Source: an uncultured Candidatus Saccharibacteria bacterium (GTDB lineage Bacteria; Patescibacteriota; Minisyncoccia; Phycocordibacterales; UBA9973). Taken from it: 64,000 nt of DNA. The translations under genes were made by a program, and so were the position numbers. Below are positions 8,270-17,287 of the stretch, one piece after another. How positions within the stretch are numbered: position 1 is the stretch's first letter; the number at the start of each line of letters is the position of its first letter. The notes under the pieces are model-generated. The model did not search any database, was not told where the DNA came from, and worked only from the letters and a program-made list of their open reading frames with translations. The DNA lies in NCBI GenBank assembly GCA_964623415.1, contig CAZUUH010000001.1, positions 1,305 through 65,304 of the forward strand, written 5' to 3'.

Positions 8270-10159
8270 ATGAGTAAAATAATTGGTATAGACTTAGGTA
8301 CAACAAATAGTGCGGTTGCAATTATAGAAGGTGGTCAGCCTAAAATAGTTGAAAATATTGAAGGTGGAAGAACGACCCCCTCAATTGTGGCTATTTCAAA
8401 AAATAGTGATAGACTTGTTGGTTTACTTGCAAAACGTCAATCTGTAACAAATCCACAGAATACAATTTATGGGATTAAAAGATTTATGGGTCATATGTAT
8501 GATGATCCTGAAATTCAAAAAAACGCAACTACTGCTCCTTTTAAAATTCAAAAAGGTAAAGATGGGGGTGTAGAAGTAAATATTGGTGATAAGTGGTATA
8601 GACCAGAAGAAATTTCTTCAATGATACTTGCTAAGATAAAAGCAGATGTTGAAGCGAAAATTGGAGAGAAAATAACAGAAGCAATAATAACTGTTCCTGC
8701 GTATTTTAATGATGCTCAAAGAAAAGCAACTAAAGACGCTGGTATGATTGCTGGTCTTGATGTTAAAAGAATAATAAATGAACCTACAGCAGCAGCTCTT
8801 GCTTATGGATTTAACAAAAAGAAAAATGAACAAATTGCGGTTTTTGATTTCGGAGGTGGAACATTTGATATTTCTGTATTAGAGGTTTCAGATGATGTTA
8901 TTGAAGTTAAATCTACTGATGGAGATTCACATATGGGTGGTCGCGATATAGATCAAAAGATAGTGAATTGGCTAGCAGGTGAATTTAAAAAAGAATCTGG
9001 TATAGATATTACAAAAGATCCTTTAGCGTTACAACGTCTTGATGAAGCAGCTGAGAAAGCTAAGATAGAGCTTTCAACAACACTAGAAACAGAGATAAAT
9101 ATTCCATTTATAACATCAGATGCTAATGGGCCAAAACATTTATTGATTAAAATGTCTCGAGCTACACTTGAGTCTCTTGCAGAAGAATACATTAATCGTT
9201 CTATTGAAATAACAAAGCGCGCAATAGAAGCATCACCATTTAAGATTGAGGATATTGATGAGCTAATAATGGTTGGTGGTCAAACAAGAATGCCAAAGAT
9301 CATAGAAGAGGTTAAGAAATTATTTGGCAAAGAACCAAATCGTTCAATTAATCCAGATGAAGTTGTAGCACTTGGTGCTGCTATACAAGGTGGTGTTCTG
9401 CAAGGTGATGTTAGGGATGTATTGCTTCTTGATGTTATACCTCTTTCCTTAGGGATAGAAACACTTGGAGGTGTTTCAACAAAATTAGTTGAGAGAAACA
9501 CAACTATTCCTACTTCTAAATCACAAGTATTTTCAACTGCTGCCGATAATCAAACTTCTGTTGAAATTCATATAACTCAAGGAGAGAGACCGATGGCTTC
9601 TGATAATAAATCACTCGGAAGATTTATTTTAGATGGAGTTCCTCCTGCACCACGTGGTATGCCACAGATAGAAGTTACTTTTGATGTTGATGCAAATGGT
9701 ATATTAAACGTTAAGGCACAAGATAAAGCATCTGGTAAAGAGCAATCAATCCGTATTGAGGCAAGTTCTGGTTTAACAGATGCAGATATTAAAAAAATGA
9801 AAGAAGAAGCAGAATTACATGCTGAAGAAGACGCAAAAAAGAAAGAACTTGTTGATCAAAAAAATACAGCAGATATGACCATCTTTAATGCAGAAAAGAC
9901 AATAAAGGATTATGGAGATAAAATTACTCCTGAATTAAAAGCATCCGTAGAGGAGAAAATTAATCTTCTTAAGAAAGCTAAGGAAGGAACAGACCCTAAA
10001 GCTATTGATATTGCTACAGAAGAATTATCTAAAGAATTATCTAAAATTGGAGAAGTTATAAATAAAAATAATCCCAATAATGATAGTAATGAAAATAAAA
10101 CTCCAGAACAACAAGAACCAGAAATAAAAGATGCAGAAGTAAAAGAAGAAGGAAAATAA
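8270..10159 (+). CDS. dnaK: Molecular chaperone DnaK (Hsp70)
   Basis: [25 protein letters not shown] and [13 protein letters not shown] motifs match DnaK over the full length. Confidence 0.95.
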   Translation: MSKIIGIDLGTTNSAVAIIEGGQPKIVENIEGGRTTPSIVAISKNSDRLVGLLAKRQSVTNPQNTIYGIKRFMGHMYDDPEIQKNATTAPFKIQKGKDGGVEVNIGDKWYRPEEISSMILAKIKADVEAKIGEKITEAIITVPAYFNDAQRKATKDAGMIAGLDVKRIINEPTAAALAYGFNKKKNEQIAVFDFGGGTFDISVLEVSDDVIEVKSTDGDSHMGGRDIDQKIVNWLAGEFKKESGIDITKDPLALQRLDEAAEKAKIELSTTLETEINIPFITSDANGPKHLLIKMSRATLESLAEEYINRSIEITKRAIEASPFKIEDIDELIMVGGQTRMPKIIEEVKKLFGKEPNRSINPDEVVALGAAIQGGVLQGDVRDVLLLDVIPLSLGIETLGGVSTKLVERNTTIPTSKSQVFSTAADNQTSVEIHITQGERPMASDNKSLGRFILDGVPPAPRGMPQIEVTFDVDANGILNVKAQDKASGKEQSIRIEASSGLTDADIKKMKEEAELHAEEDAKKKELVDQKNTADMTIFNAEKTIKDYGDKITPELKASVEEKINLLKKAKEGTDPKAIDIATEELSKELSKIGEVINKNNPNNDSNENKTPEQQEPEIKDAEVKEEGK

Positions 10160-10171
10160 AATTTAATAGCG

Positions 10172-10208
10172 AGCTGTCCAACAGCTCACGGAGAGGTGTT
10201 GGACAGCT
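10172..10208 (+). promoter_or_regulatory. GC-rich 12-bp perfect stem-loop between dnaK and dnaJ, with no U-tail
   Basis: agctgtccaaca / tgttggacagct with a 13-nt loop. An alternative 7-bp hairpin gagctgt/acagctc uses the same 5' arm. Confidence 0.4.
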
Positions 10209-10225
10209 AAGCTATGTAGAAATTC

Positions 10226-11311
10226 ATGTCTAAAAATTATTACGAAACATTAGGAGTAGATAAAAATGCTTCAAAAGATCAAATAAAAAAAGCTTTTCAT
10301 AAACTTGCAATGAAATATCATCCCGATAAAAATAATGGTGATGATAAGAAATTCAAAGAGGTAAATGAAGCTTATCAGGTTCTTTCTGATGATCAAAAAA
10401 GAGCTCATTATGACCGATTTGGTAATGCAAATATGGGTGGTTTTGGTAATAATCAGAGTGGTTTTGGTGGATTTGAAGGTTTTGATTTTTCTGGTTTTTC
10501 GAATAATCAAGGTTTTGATATGGGTGATATTGGAGATATTTTTGGAGATATTTTTGGAGGTGGAATGGGGCGTTCTAGTCGAAGAGTAAAAAGAGGTAGA
10601 GATATTCAAACTGAAATTACTGTAAGCTTTGAAGAGTCAATCTTTGGAGTTAAAAAAACAATTTCATTAAATAGGCAATCTATTTGTGATATTTGTAATG
10701 GAAGTGGTGCAAAGATTGGAGCTAAAATGAATATCTGTAAGACCTGTGGTGGTTCTGGAAAAATTCAAGAAATAAAAAGATCAATACTCGGATCATTTTC
10801 TACTACTAGACTTTGTGATTCTTGTATGGGAACTGGTAAAATCCCATCTGAAAAATGTTCTAATTGTTCTGGAGCTGGTGTTTATAAAAAACAAGAAGAC
10901 ATAAATATTAATATACCTTCCGGTATTGATGTTGGAGAAATGATTAAGATGACTGGATATGGAGAAGGTATACAAAATGGAACATCTGGAGATTTATATA
11001 TTAAAATAAATATTAAACCTCATCATATTTTTAAAAGAGAAGGGTTGAATTTATTTATGGATCTTCCTATTAAATTATCAGATGCTCTTTTAGGCACAGT
11101 TTATGATCTTAAAACATTAGAGGGTAAAATTGTTCAAGTAAAAATTCCAGAAGGGGTTAATCATCATGAACTTCTTAGAGTTAAAGATAAAGGTGTACCA
11201 TCTAATCGAGGGAGAGGAGATATAATTATTAGAATAATTATTAAAATGCCAGTTAAACTATCACGAAAACAAAAAGAAATAATAGAAGATCTAAAAAAAG
11301 AGGGTATTTAA
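10226..11311 (+). CDS. dnaJ: Chaperone DnaJ (Hsp40)
   Basis: J domain (KYHPDKN), G/F-rich region and four CxxCxGxG zinc-finger repeats. Confidence 0.92.
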   Translation: MSKNYYETLGVDKNASKDQIKKAFHKLAMKYHPDKNNGDDKKFKEVNEAYQVLSDDQKRAHYDRFGNANMGGFGNNQSGFGGFEGFDFSGFSNNQGFDMGDIGDIFGDIFGGGMGRSSRRVKRGRDIQTEITVSFEESIFGVKKTISLNRQSICDICNGSGAKIGAKMNICKTCGGSGKIQEIKRSILGSFSTTRLCDSCMGTGKIPSEKCSNCSGAGVYKKQEDININIPSGIDVGEMIKMTGYGEGIQNGTSGDLYIKINIKPHHIFKREGLNLFMDLPIKLSDALLGTVYDLKTLEGKIVQVKIPEGVNHHELLRVKDKGVPSNRGRGDIIIRIIIKMPVKLSRKQKEIIEDLKKEGI

Positions 11312-11400
11312 AATCCTTTACATATTTTACATTTTTGTTATTATTATAGATATTATTATTTTATTTCAGATGTTTGTTTAAATATCTGTATTTTAAAGAA

Positions 11401-12780
11401 ATGACTAAACGCTCAGTTGCTTCTAAAAAACTTTGGAAGCTTGGTGTTAGAGATTTTAATACTCAATATTTTGATTTTAATAAAGATGGTGATCTTATAG
11501 CAAAAGAAGGTAACAATGTCTACAATCTAAGATACTTAGCTGAAAAATTTGGCACATCGCTTGAAATTCTTTTCCCATATATAATTGAAGAGAGGGTTGA
11601 GGATTTACTTGATTTATCTGCTTCCATAATCAAAAAAATGAAATATCAGGGCAAGTTTTATTATCACTATCCAATGAAAGCAAATCAGACAAAAGAGGTT
11701 GTGATGGCTATGGTTGGTGAAGGTGCAAATATTGAAGTTTCTTCTTATAATGAACTTTATATTATAAAGAAAATGCTTGAGCAAGAATCTTTCAATGAGA
11801 GTATTCGTATTCTTTGTAATGGACCAAAAACTGATAAGTACATAAATCTAATTGATGAGCTTCAACACAGAGGGCTTAAGGTTATTCCTATAATAGAAGG
11901 ACCAAATGAATTAAAAACATTTCAATTTTCTAAATATGATGTTGGTATTAGATTAGATATTCCAATAAAATCAAAAGTAGATCCAACTAAGCAAGTTGAT
12001 AGATTTGGTTTTCCTAAACATGAAATTTTAAAAATGGAATCTTTTAAAAATTTAAAAATTCTTCATTTTAGACTTGGAAAATTAGAAAAAACTCATGATA
12101 TCCTTGAAACTGCGAAATATGCTATGGATGTATACGCTAGATTAAAAGAAAAAAATCCAAATTTGGATAGTATTGATATCGGGGGAGGAATGCCGATACC
12201 TTATGAAAGAAATAAAAAATATTCCACTGAAAAGATTTTAGAAAAACTTTTTGAAATGCTAAAAAGGGAAGCAGAAAAAAGAGAAATACCACATCCAAAT
12301 CTTATTTGTGAATGGGGTAAGTTTATGGTTGCACCAGCACAGATTACAATTTTTAAAGTTATAGATACTAAACCAATAAAGAATAAAAATATTAAAGCAA
12401 ATAAATGGTATGTTATTGATGGTAGTTTTATGAATGATCTTATTGACACATGGGGTCCACTTGAACAAAAATGGTTCGTAGCACCTCTTAGTAATAAGTT
12501 TGATAATAATCTTGAAGATGTTTGGATTTCTGGTTCTTCTTGTGATTCAGATGACATATATACAGGTATAGGTGAATCTATAACTTTACCAGATTATAAC
12601 TATGATGAAAATGAATCATTCTATATAGCATTTTTTGATACAGGTGCTTATCAAGATGCTCTTGCTTCACATCATTGTATGCTTTCATCTCCAATTAAAA
12701 TAATTGCAGAAAATGGTCATATTGTTGTTGCTCGTAAACGAGAAACACCAGAAGATGTAGGTAAAGAATTCGGTTGGTAA
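11401..12780 (+). CDS. speA: Biosynthetic arginine decarboxylase (fold-III PLP decarboxylase, SpeA-like)
   Basis: YHYPMKANQTKEVVMAMVGEGANIEVSS parallels the SpeA YPIKVNQ...GLEAGSK region. It sits next to the other polyamine genes. The track start at 11374 is TTG, so the ATG at 11401 is preferred. Confidence 0.65.
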   Translation: MTKRSVASKKLWKLGVRDFNTQYFDFNKDGDLIAKEGNNVYNLRYLAEKFGTSLEILFPYIIEERVEDLLDLSASIIKKMKYQGKFYYHYPMKANQTKEVVMAMVGEGANIEVSSYNELYIIKKMLEQESFNESIRILCNGPKTDKYINLIDELQHRGLKVIPIIEGPNELKTFQFSKYDVGIRLDIPIKSKVDPTKQVDRFGFPKHEILKMESFKNLKILHFRLGKLEKTHDILETAKYAMDVYARLKEKNPNLDSIDIGGGMPIPYERNKKYSTEKILEKLFEMLKREAEKREIPHPNLICEWGKFMVAPAQITIFKVIDTKPIKNKNIKANKWYVIDGSFMNDLIDTWGPLEQKWFVAPLSNKFDNNLEDVWISGSSCDSDDIYTGIGESITLPDYNYDENESFYIAFFDTGAYQDALASHHCMLSSPIKIIAENGHIVVARKRETPEDVGKEFGW

Positions 12781-12783
12781 ATA

Positions 12784-13872
12784 TTATTTTATATATCCTT
12801 TTTTGACTAACAATTCAGCATTTAAGATTCCTCCTCCTGCTGCCCCACGGACAGTGTTATGTGAGAGAGTGACAAATTTATAATCAAATATATTGCAATC
12901 ACGGAGTCTTCCTATTGTAACCGACATTGCTTTATCATTTCCTCGATCTTTTTTAGGTTGAGGACGATTTTCTTCTTCTGTATAAATTATTGGATTAATA
13001 GGAGCAAATGGAAGTTTTAATTCTTGTGGTTCACCTTTGAAATTTTTCCAAATTTTTATAATTTCTTCTTTTGTAGGCTTCTTATTTTTAAATTCTATAC
13101 TTACACAAGCAAGATGTCCGTCTGAAACTGGTACACGGGTACATGTAGCAGAAATTTTTAAATCTGTTTTATCTACAAATTTTCCATTTTTAATTTCTCC
13201 AAGTATTTTTAATGGCTCTTTCTCTGTTTTTTCTTCTTCACCACAGATAAATGGGACAACATTATCTATCATATCCAAACTTGCTACCCCCGGGTACCCA
13301 GCCCCTGAAACAGCTTGAAGGGTAGTAATAAATATACTTTTTATAGGGTAGCCAGCCTTATTTAGGGCATAAATAGGGGTTAAATAGCTCTGTAAGCTAC
13401 AATTTGGCTTAACTGCTATAAAACCCTTATCAAAACCTCTATTCTTCTTTTGGGCAGGAATTATATCTGTATGTTTGCTATTTATCTCTGGTATAAGCAT
13501 AGGGATATCAGATGTCCATCTATTTGCAGAAGCATTTGATACTACAGGTAAGCCAGCTTTAGCATATTCTTCCTCAGTCTTTTTTATTAATTCTTTATCA
13601 CTTATTTCAAAAGCTGAAAAAATAAAATCACACTTCTTTTTTGCTTTTGAAACATCTACGACATCTTCTACTATTAGGCTTGCAACTTCTTTAGGAATAG
13701 GTGAAGTCATTTGCCATCTGCCACTAACTGAATCTGAATATTTTTTTCCTTGAGAATTTGCTGAAGCGGCAACATAAGTCACACGAAACCAAGGATGATT
13801 CTCAAGTAAACGTATATAATTTTGTCCGACCATCCCTGTTGCACCCAATATTCCTACTTTAATTTTTTTCAT
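12784..13872 (-). CDS. asd: Aspartate-semialdehyde dehydrogenase
   Basis: N-terminal KVGILGATGMVGQ Rossmann motif, active-site-like NCSLQ, and a C-terminal RGAAGGGILNAELL. Confidence 0.7.
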   Translation of the reverse strand: MKKIKVGILGATGMVGQNYIRLLENHPWFRVTYVAASANSQGKKYSDSVSGRWQMTSPIPKEVASLIVEDVVDVSKAKKKCDFIFSAFEISDKELIKKTEEEYAKAGLPVVSNASANRWTSDIPMLIPEINSKHTDIIPAQKKNRGFDKGFIAVKPNCSLQSYLTPIYALNKAGYPIKSIFITTLQAVSGAGYPGVASLDMIDNVVPFICGEEEKTEKEPLKILGEIKNGKFVDKTDLKISATCTRVPVSDGHLACVSIEFKNKKPTKEEIIKIWKNFKGEPQELKLPFAPINPIIYTEEENRPQPKKDRGNDKAMSVTIGRLRDCNIFDYKFVTLSHNTVRGAAGGGILNAELLVKKGYIK

Positions 13873-13876
13873 ATTA

Positions 13877-15214
13877 CTATTTTATAAATTTCTTATAAAC
13901 TGCAGACATTATTTTATTTATATTGTCTGTTTTAATAACAGCCTCAATCCTGTAACAATCTTCATAATAGAAAGCACTTATAAGTAAATCTGCGCCTTTT
14001 TTAACCAGCAAATCGTTAAAGTTACTTACATCTTTAGCAGTAAACAATCCAACAAGATAAATCATACTAGCTTGTGTATTCTTAATATTTCTGATTTCAG
14101 ATTTTAATTCTTGTATTGCTTCTTCTAACTGTCCGTTCTTATTATCTACTATGATTTGGACACTATAGTTAGTATTACTTATAAGTGTCATATTAATTTT
14201 ATATTTTTTAAAGATATTACAAGCGGGAAGTAAGATTTCATTTAATTTCTTGTTCTCATCTGTTAGGAGTATAAAATTTAAATCCTTTTTAATACTTACG
14301 ATCTTTGCCCCTTTCTTTATTTTTTTATTATCACTGATAACTGTTTTTGCCTTAGGATCTATAATCGATGCTATCTCAATAGGGGTTTTAAACATTCGGA
14401 CGTAGGGGATAGCTTTGTCGTGTATAATCTTACCAGCTTCTTCGGCTTCATAATAATTTATAAACGGTATAGTTTTAGCTTTTTGTATTATTTTTGGATC
14501 TGCAGAAAGTACACCATCTACATCTTTCCATAGGATTATTTTATGAGCCTTAAGTGCTGCTCCTATAAAACAAGCTGTCGTATCTGTACCTCCACGACCT
14601 AGTGTAGTAATCTGCCCATCTTTTGTTATACCAGTAAAACCAGGTATAACTATTACATCTTTTTCTTCTTTTAATTTATTTAAAATATTTTTAGAAGATA
14701 TATCGTATTCTATGTTTGCATTCTTGAAATTGTCATCAGTAATTATTTTTATCTCTTCAGATAAGATTTTTTTAGATTTTATTCCAGAAGAATTTAAATA
14801 ATAATTAAAGATGATTGCTGAAATTTTTTCTCCAAATGAAACTATTTTATCTTCAAGTTCATTATCTATTTTATTTAATTTATTCAAATCTTTTTGGAGA
14901 AGAGATAACACATCTTTAATCTCTTGTTTAGCTTTTTCTGCATATTCGGAGGATAAATCGATATCACTTATTATAATTTCATGTTTAGTATATAGCTCCG
15001 TAACGAAATCATTTATAGCTCCTTCATTAAAATTTTCTTTTAAATTTTCAACAAAAGAAAGTAATTTATCTGTGACTCCAGGCATCGCAGAAACTACTGC
15101 TATGGGTAAATAACCAGATTTAATTTCTTCTTCGATTCTTTTCTTTATAAAAAGGATATATTCCTTTTTCAGAATTCCTCCACCAAATTTGTTGACAATA
15201 ACTTTCTTTGACAT
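13877..15214 (-). CDS. lysC: Aspartate kinase
   Basis: NKFGGGIL and TTLGRGGTDTTACFIGAAL...WKDVDGVLSADPKII amino-acid-kinase motifs, with a C-terminal ACT-like region. Confidence 0.75.
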   Translation of the reverse strand: MSKKVIVNKFGGGILKKEYILFIKKRIEEEIKSGYLPIAVVSAMPGVTDKLLSFVENLKENFNEGAINDFVTELYTKHEIIISDIDLSSEYAEKAKQEIKDVLSLLQKDLNKLNKIDNELEDKIVSFGEKISAIIFNYYLNSSGIKSKKILSEEIKIITDDNFKNANIEYDISSKNILNKLKEEKDVIVIPGFTGITKDGQITTLGRGGTDTTACFIGAALKAHKIILWKDVDGVLSADPKIIQKAKTIPFINYYEAEEAGKIIHDKAIPYVRMFKTPIEIASIIDPKAKTVISDNKKIKKGAKIVSIKKDLNFILLTDENKKLNEILLPACNIFKKYKINMTLISNTNYSVQIIVDNKNGQLEEAIQELKSEIRNIKNTQASMIYLVGLFTAKDVSNFNDLLVKKGADLLISAFYYEDCYRIEAVIKTDNINKIMSAVYKKFIK

Positions 15215-15301
15215 AGTTTTATCTCGATTATTAATAACTACTTAAGTGTATAATATTTAGCTTAAAAATCAAGGAGAATTTGGAATATTTCAAATAAACA
15301 C

Positions 15302-15350
15302 ACCACCCACAAAAGAGAATTACTCTTTACGGGTGGTTTTCTTTTTTATT
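15302..15350 (+). terminator. Strong hairpin (accaccc-ac-aaaagag/ctcttt-ac-gggtggt) followed by a T-rich run, preceded by a TATAAT at 15249-15254
   Basis: Read directly from the sequence. It lies in the lysC / PaaX-like intergenic region with no plus-strand gene upstream, so it may be a leader attenuator or a short sRNA terminator. Confidence 0.45.
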
Positions 15351-15376
15351 ATTCCCTATATATTAAAAATCAATAC

Positions 15377-15412
15377 TGACACACTTTCTGCAGGTGCAGA
15401 GTTTGTGTCACT
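15377..15412. repeat. Left copy of a perfect 36-bp inverted repeat (tgacacactttctgcaggtgcagagtttgtgtcact), itself an imperfect palindrome
   Basis: Exact reverse complement of 15915-15950. It ends 1 nt before the ATG of the enclosed gene. Confidence 0.9.
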
Positions 15413-15413
15413 A

Positions 15414-15914
15414 ATGCATTTAAAGTATAATATTAATATGTCTATAGTAAGTGAAATATTAGAAGAACTTTGGAATACAGAATACAATTATAGAGGAGTA
15501 AGAGTAAATATTTTTGGTATACCTAAATTTAAAAAGTATTCACAAAGGAGTGTTCGTACGACGGTTGATCGTTTAAAGAAAAAAGGGATTATAGAAAAAG
15601 AGATTTCTGGGATAATTCTTTCAAAATATGGCAAAGAATATGTAAAAAGAAAATTCGATTCATTGAAACAATTCGAGAAACCAGAAAATATATCAAAAGA
15701 AAGAAAACTTCTTGTGATGTTTGACGTTCCTAGTGAAAGGAAAGGTGAGCGTGAGTGGCTACGTTGGCATCTAAAAAAATTTAATTATATTATGATTCAG
15801 CAAAGTGTTTGGGTTGGACCAGCTCCACTTCCAAAAGAATTCAGTAATTACCTTAAGGAAATTAAACTCGATAAATGTATTAAAACTTTTAAACTTGAAA
15901 AACCGTATAAATAA
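15414..15914 (+). CDS. Putative transcriptional regulator, wHTH + Cas2-like-fold (PaaX-type) domain
   Basis: KLLVMFDVPSERKGEREWLRWHLKKFNYIMIQQSVWVG aligns to the Cas2/PaaX middle-domain pattern, and the N-terminal half looks like a wHTH (VRTTVDRLKKKGIIEK). It is a paralog of 7556..8077. The track start at 15333 is GTG inside the repeat/terminator region, so the ATG at 15414 is preferred. Confidence 0.45.
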   Translation: MHLKYNINMSIVSEILEELWNTEYNYRGVRVNIFGIPKFKKYSQRSVRTTVDRLKKKGIIEKEISGIILSKYGKEYVKRKFDSLKQFEKPENISKERKLLVMFDVPSERKGEREWLRWHLKKFNYIMIQQSVWVGPAPLPKEFSNYLKEIKLDKCIKTFKLEKPYK

Positions 15915-15950
15915 AGTGACACAAACTCTGCACCTGCAGAAAGTGTGTCA
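15915..15950. repeat. Right copy of the perfect 36-bp inverted repeat, starting immediately after the stop codon and followed by T5
   Basis: agtgacacaaactctgcacctgcagaaagtgtgtca followed by ttttt. It can fold as a hairpin and so probably also terminates the gene. Confidence 0.9.
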
Positions 15951-16002
15951 TTTTTGTCAAATAAAATTATTCTTTAAAGGGATTACTAATCTGCAAGGAT
16001 TT

Positions 16003-16030
16003 TTGTATATTTTTACCATTTTGATATAAT
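16003..16030 (+). promoter_or_regulatory. Sigma70-like promoter TTGTAT-16-TATAAT placed only 6 nt before the ATG, implying a leaderless mRNA
   Basis: Hexamers read directly from the sequence. The ATG at 16037 sits at the expected TSS position. Confidence 0.4.
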
Positions 16031-16036
16031 TACAAC

Positions 16037-17281
16037 ATGTCAAAAATATTAGTTATTGGTTGCGGAAATGTGGGAAGCGTAGGCTTGCACAAAATGGCTC
16101 AATTTCCGAAAGTTTTCTCCGAAATACATGTAGTAGGGAGAACTCTTTCGAAGTGTGAGGCTGTTGCCAAATCCGTCTTTAAAAGATTTAAAGTTAAATT
16201 ACATATTCATATTAGTGACGTAGGCAAGGGTGATAATTTCCTAAAATTACTTAAAGAAGTAAATCCGGAGTTGGTAGTAAACTGGGGAAGTCCTTATGAC
16301 AATCTAGTTGTTATGGATGCATGTTTGGAATATGGTGTTAGATATATTGATACAGCTTGTTATGAACATCCAGATAAATATGGTTTTTCATATAAATTAC
16401 AATTAGCTAAAAATGAAGCATATAAAAAGAAAAATCTTCTTGCTATTTTAGGTTGCGGTTTTGATCCAGGAGTTTCAAATATTTTTTCTGCTTATGCTCG
16501 TGATTATCTTTTTGATAAAATAGATACCATAGATATTTTGGATTGTAATGGTGGTTCAAAAGATGAAAGTATTAAATTTGCTCCAAACTTTGATCCAGAG
16601 ATAAATCTTCGCGAGCTTATTCTTCCTATCAAGTATTGGAAAGATGGTAAATGGCAAGAAAAAGGAAAACTTATTGATGAAGATGCTCCTTTCTTTGAAT
16701 TTAATTTTCCTGAGGCAGGGAAGTTCACCCCATACCTTATGTATCATGAAGAGCTTGAGACTATTCCAAGTCATATTCCTGGTTTAAAGAAAATTCGTTT
16801 TTGGATGACATTCTCAAAGAATTATCTTACATATCTTCGAGTCCTTTACAATGTTGGGTTAACTCGTATCGATGAGATTGATTACAATGGTAATAAAGTA
16901 ATCCCTGTAAAATTTTTGAAAGCTATCTTGCCTAAGGGAGAAGATTTTAATAGTGGATACGTGGGCAAGACAAATATTGGGAATATCATAACTGGAAAGA
17001 AGAATGGAAAGAAGAAAATGGTTTATATTTACAATGTTTGTGATCATAAAGAAGCATTTAAAGAAACTGGTGGTAATGCTATTGGCTATACAACAGCTAT
17101 TCCGACTGTTACTTGTGCAAAGCTTGTACTTGAAGGGAAATGGGGTGGAATTGGTGTTAAGAATACAGAGGATGAGTCACTTGATTCAAAAGTTTTCTTG
17201 GATGAAATGGCAAAAGTTGGGCTTACATGGCAAGTAAAGAATTTGAAAGATATCCCAGCCGCACTAAAGAAAAACTACTAA
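16037..17281 (+). CDS. Carboxy(nor)spermidine dehydrogenase/synthase (saccharopine dehydrogenase family)
   Basis: N-terminal ILVIGCGNVGSVGLHKMAQ Rossmann fold, about 414 aa, directly followed by the carboxynorspermidine decarboxylase gene. Confidence 0.75.
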   Translation: MSKILVIGCGNVGSVGLHKMAQFPKVFSEIHVVGRTLSKCEAVAKSVFKRFKVKLHIHISDVGKGDNFLKLLKEVNPELVVNWGSPYDNLVVMDACLEYGVRYIDTACYEHPDKYGFSYKLQLAKNEAYKKKNLLAILGCGFDPGVSNIFSAYARDYLFDKIDTIDILDCNGGSKDESIKFAPNFDPEINLRELILPIKYWKDGKWQEKGKLIDEDAPFFEFNFPEAGKFTPYLMYHEELETIPSHIPGLKKIRFWMTFSKNYLTYLRVLYNVGLTRIDEIDYNGNKVIPVKFLKAILPKGEDFNSGYVGKTNIGNIITGKKNGKKKMVYIYNVCDHKEAFKETGGNAIGYTTAIPTVTCAKLVLEGKWGGIGVKNTEDESLDSKVFLDEMAKVGLTWQVKNLKDIPAALKKNY

Positions 17282-17287
17282 AAAACA

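Noticed and set aside
10480-10570. Short tandem repeat (gagatatttttg x2 and neighbouring ggttttg repeats) inside dnaJ
   Set aside because: This is the Gly/Phe-rich linker of DnaJ (GDIFGDIFGGG). It is coding low complexity, not a regulatory repeat.
15279-15297. TTG-initiated 5-codon mini-ORF (MEYFK) after the AAGGAGA in the leader upstream of the repeat-flanked gene; possible leader peptide
   Set aside because: The SD-to-start spacing is only about 3 nt, and a TTG start is needed. It is too weak to call, and is kept only as part of the leader/terminator observation.
15215-15400. Lysine riboswitch (L-box) upstream of lysC on the minus strand
   Set aside because: The available leader between the lysC start (15214) and the inverted repeat/regulator gene is under 170 nt. 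No recognisable L-box conserved helices or motifs were seen, so the hairpin present is explained better as a simple terminator.
7556-15914. CRISPR-Cas locus implied by Cas2-like domains
   Set aside because: There is no cas1, no other cas genes and no direct-repeat array anywhere in the window. The Cas2-like block is fused to a wHTH, as in PaaX-type regulators, so this is not called CRISPR.
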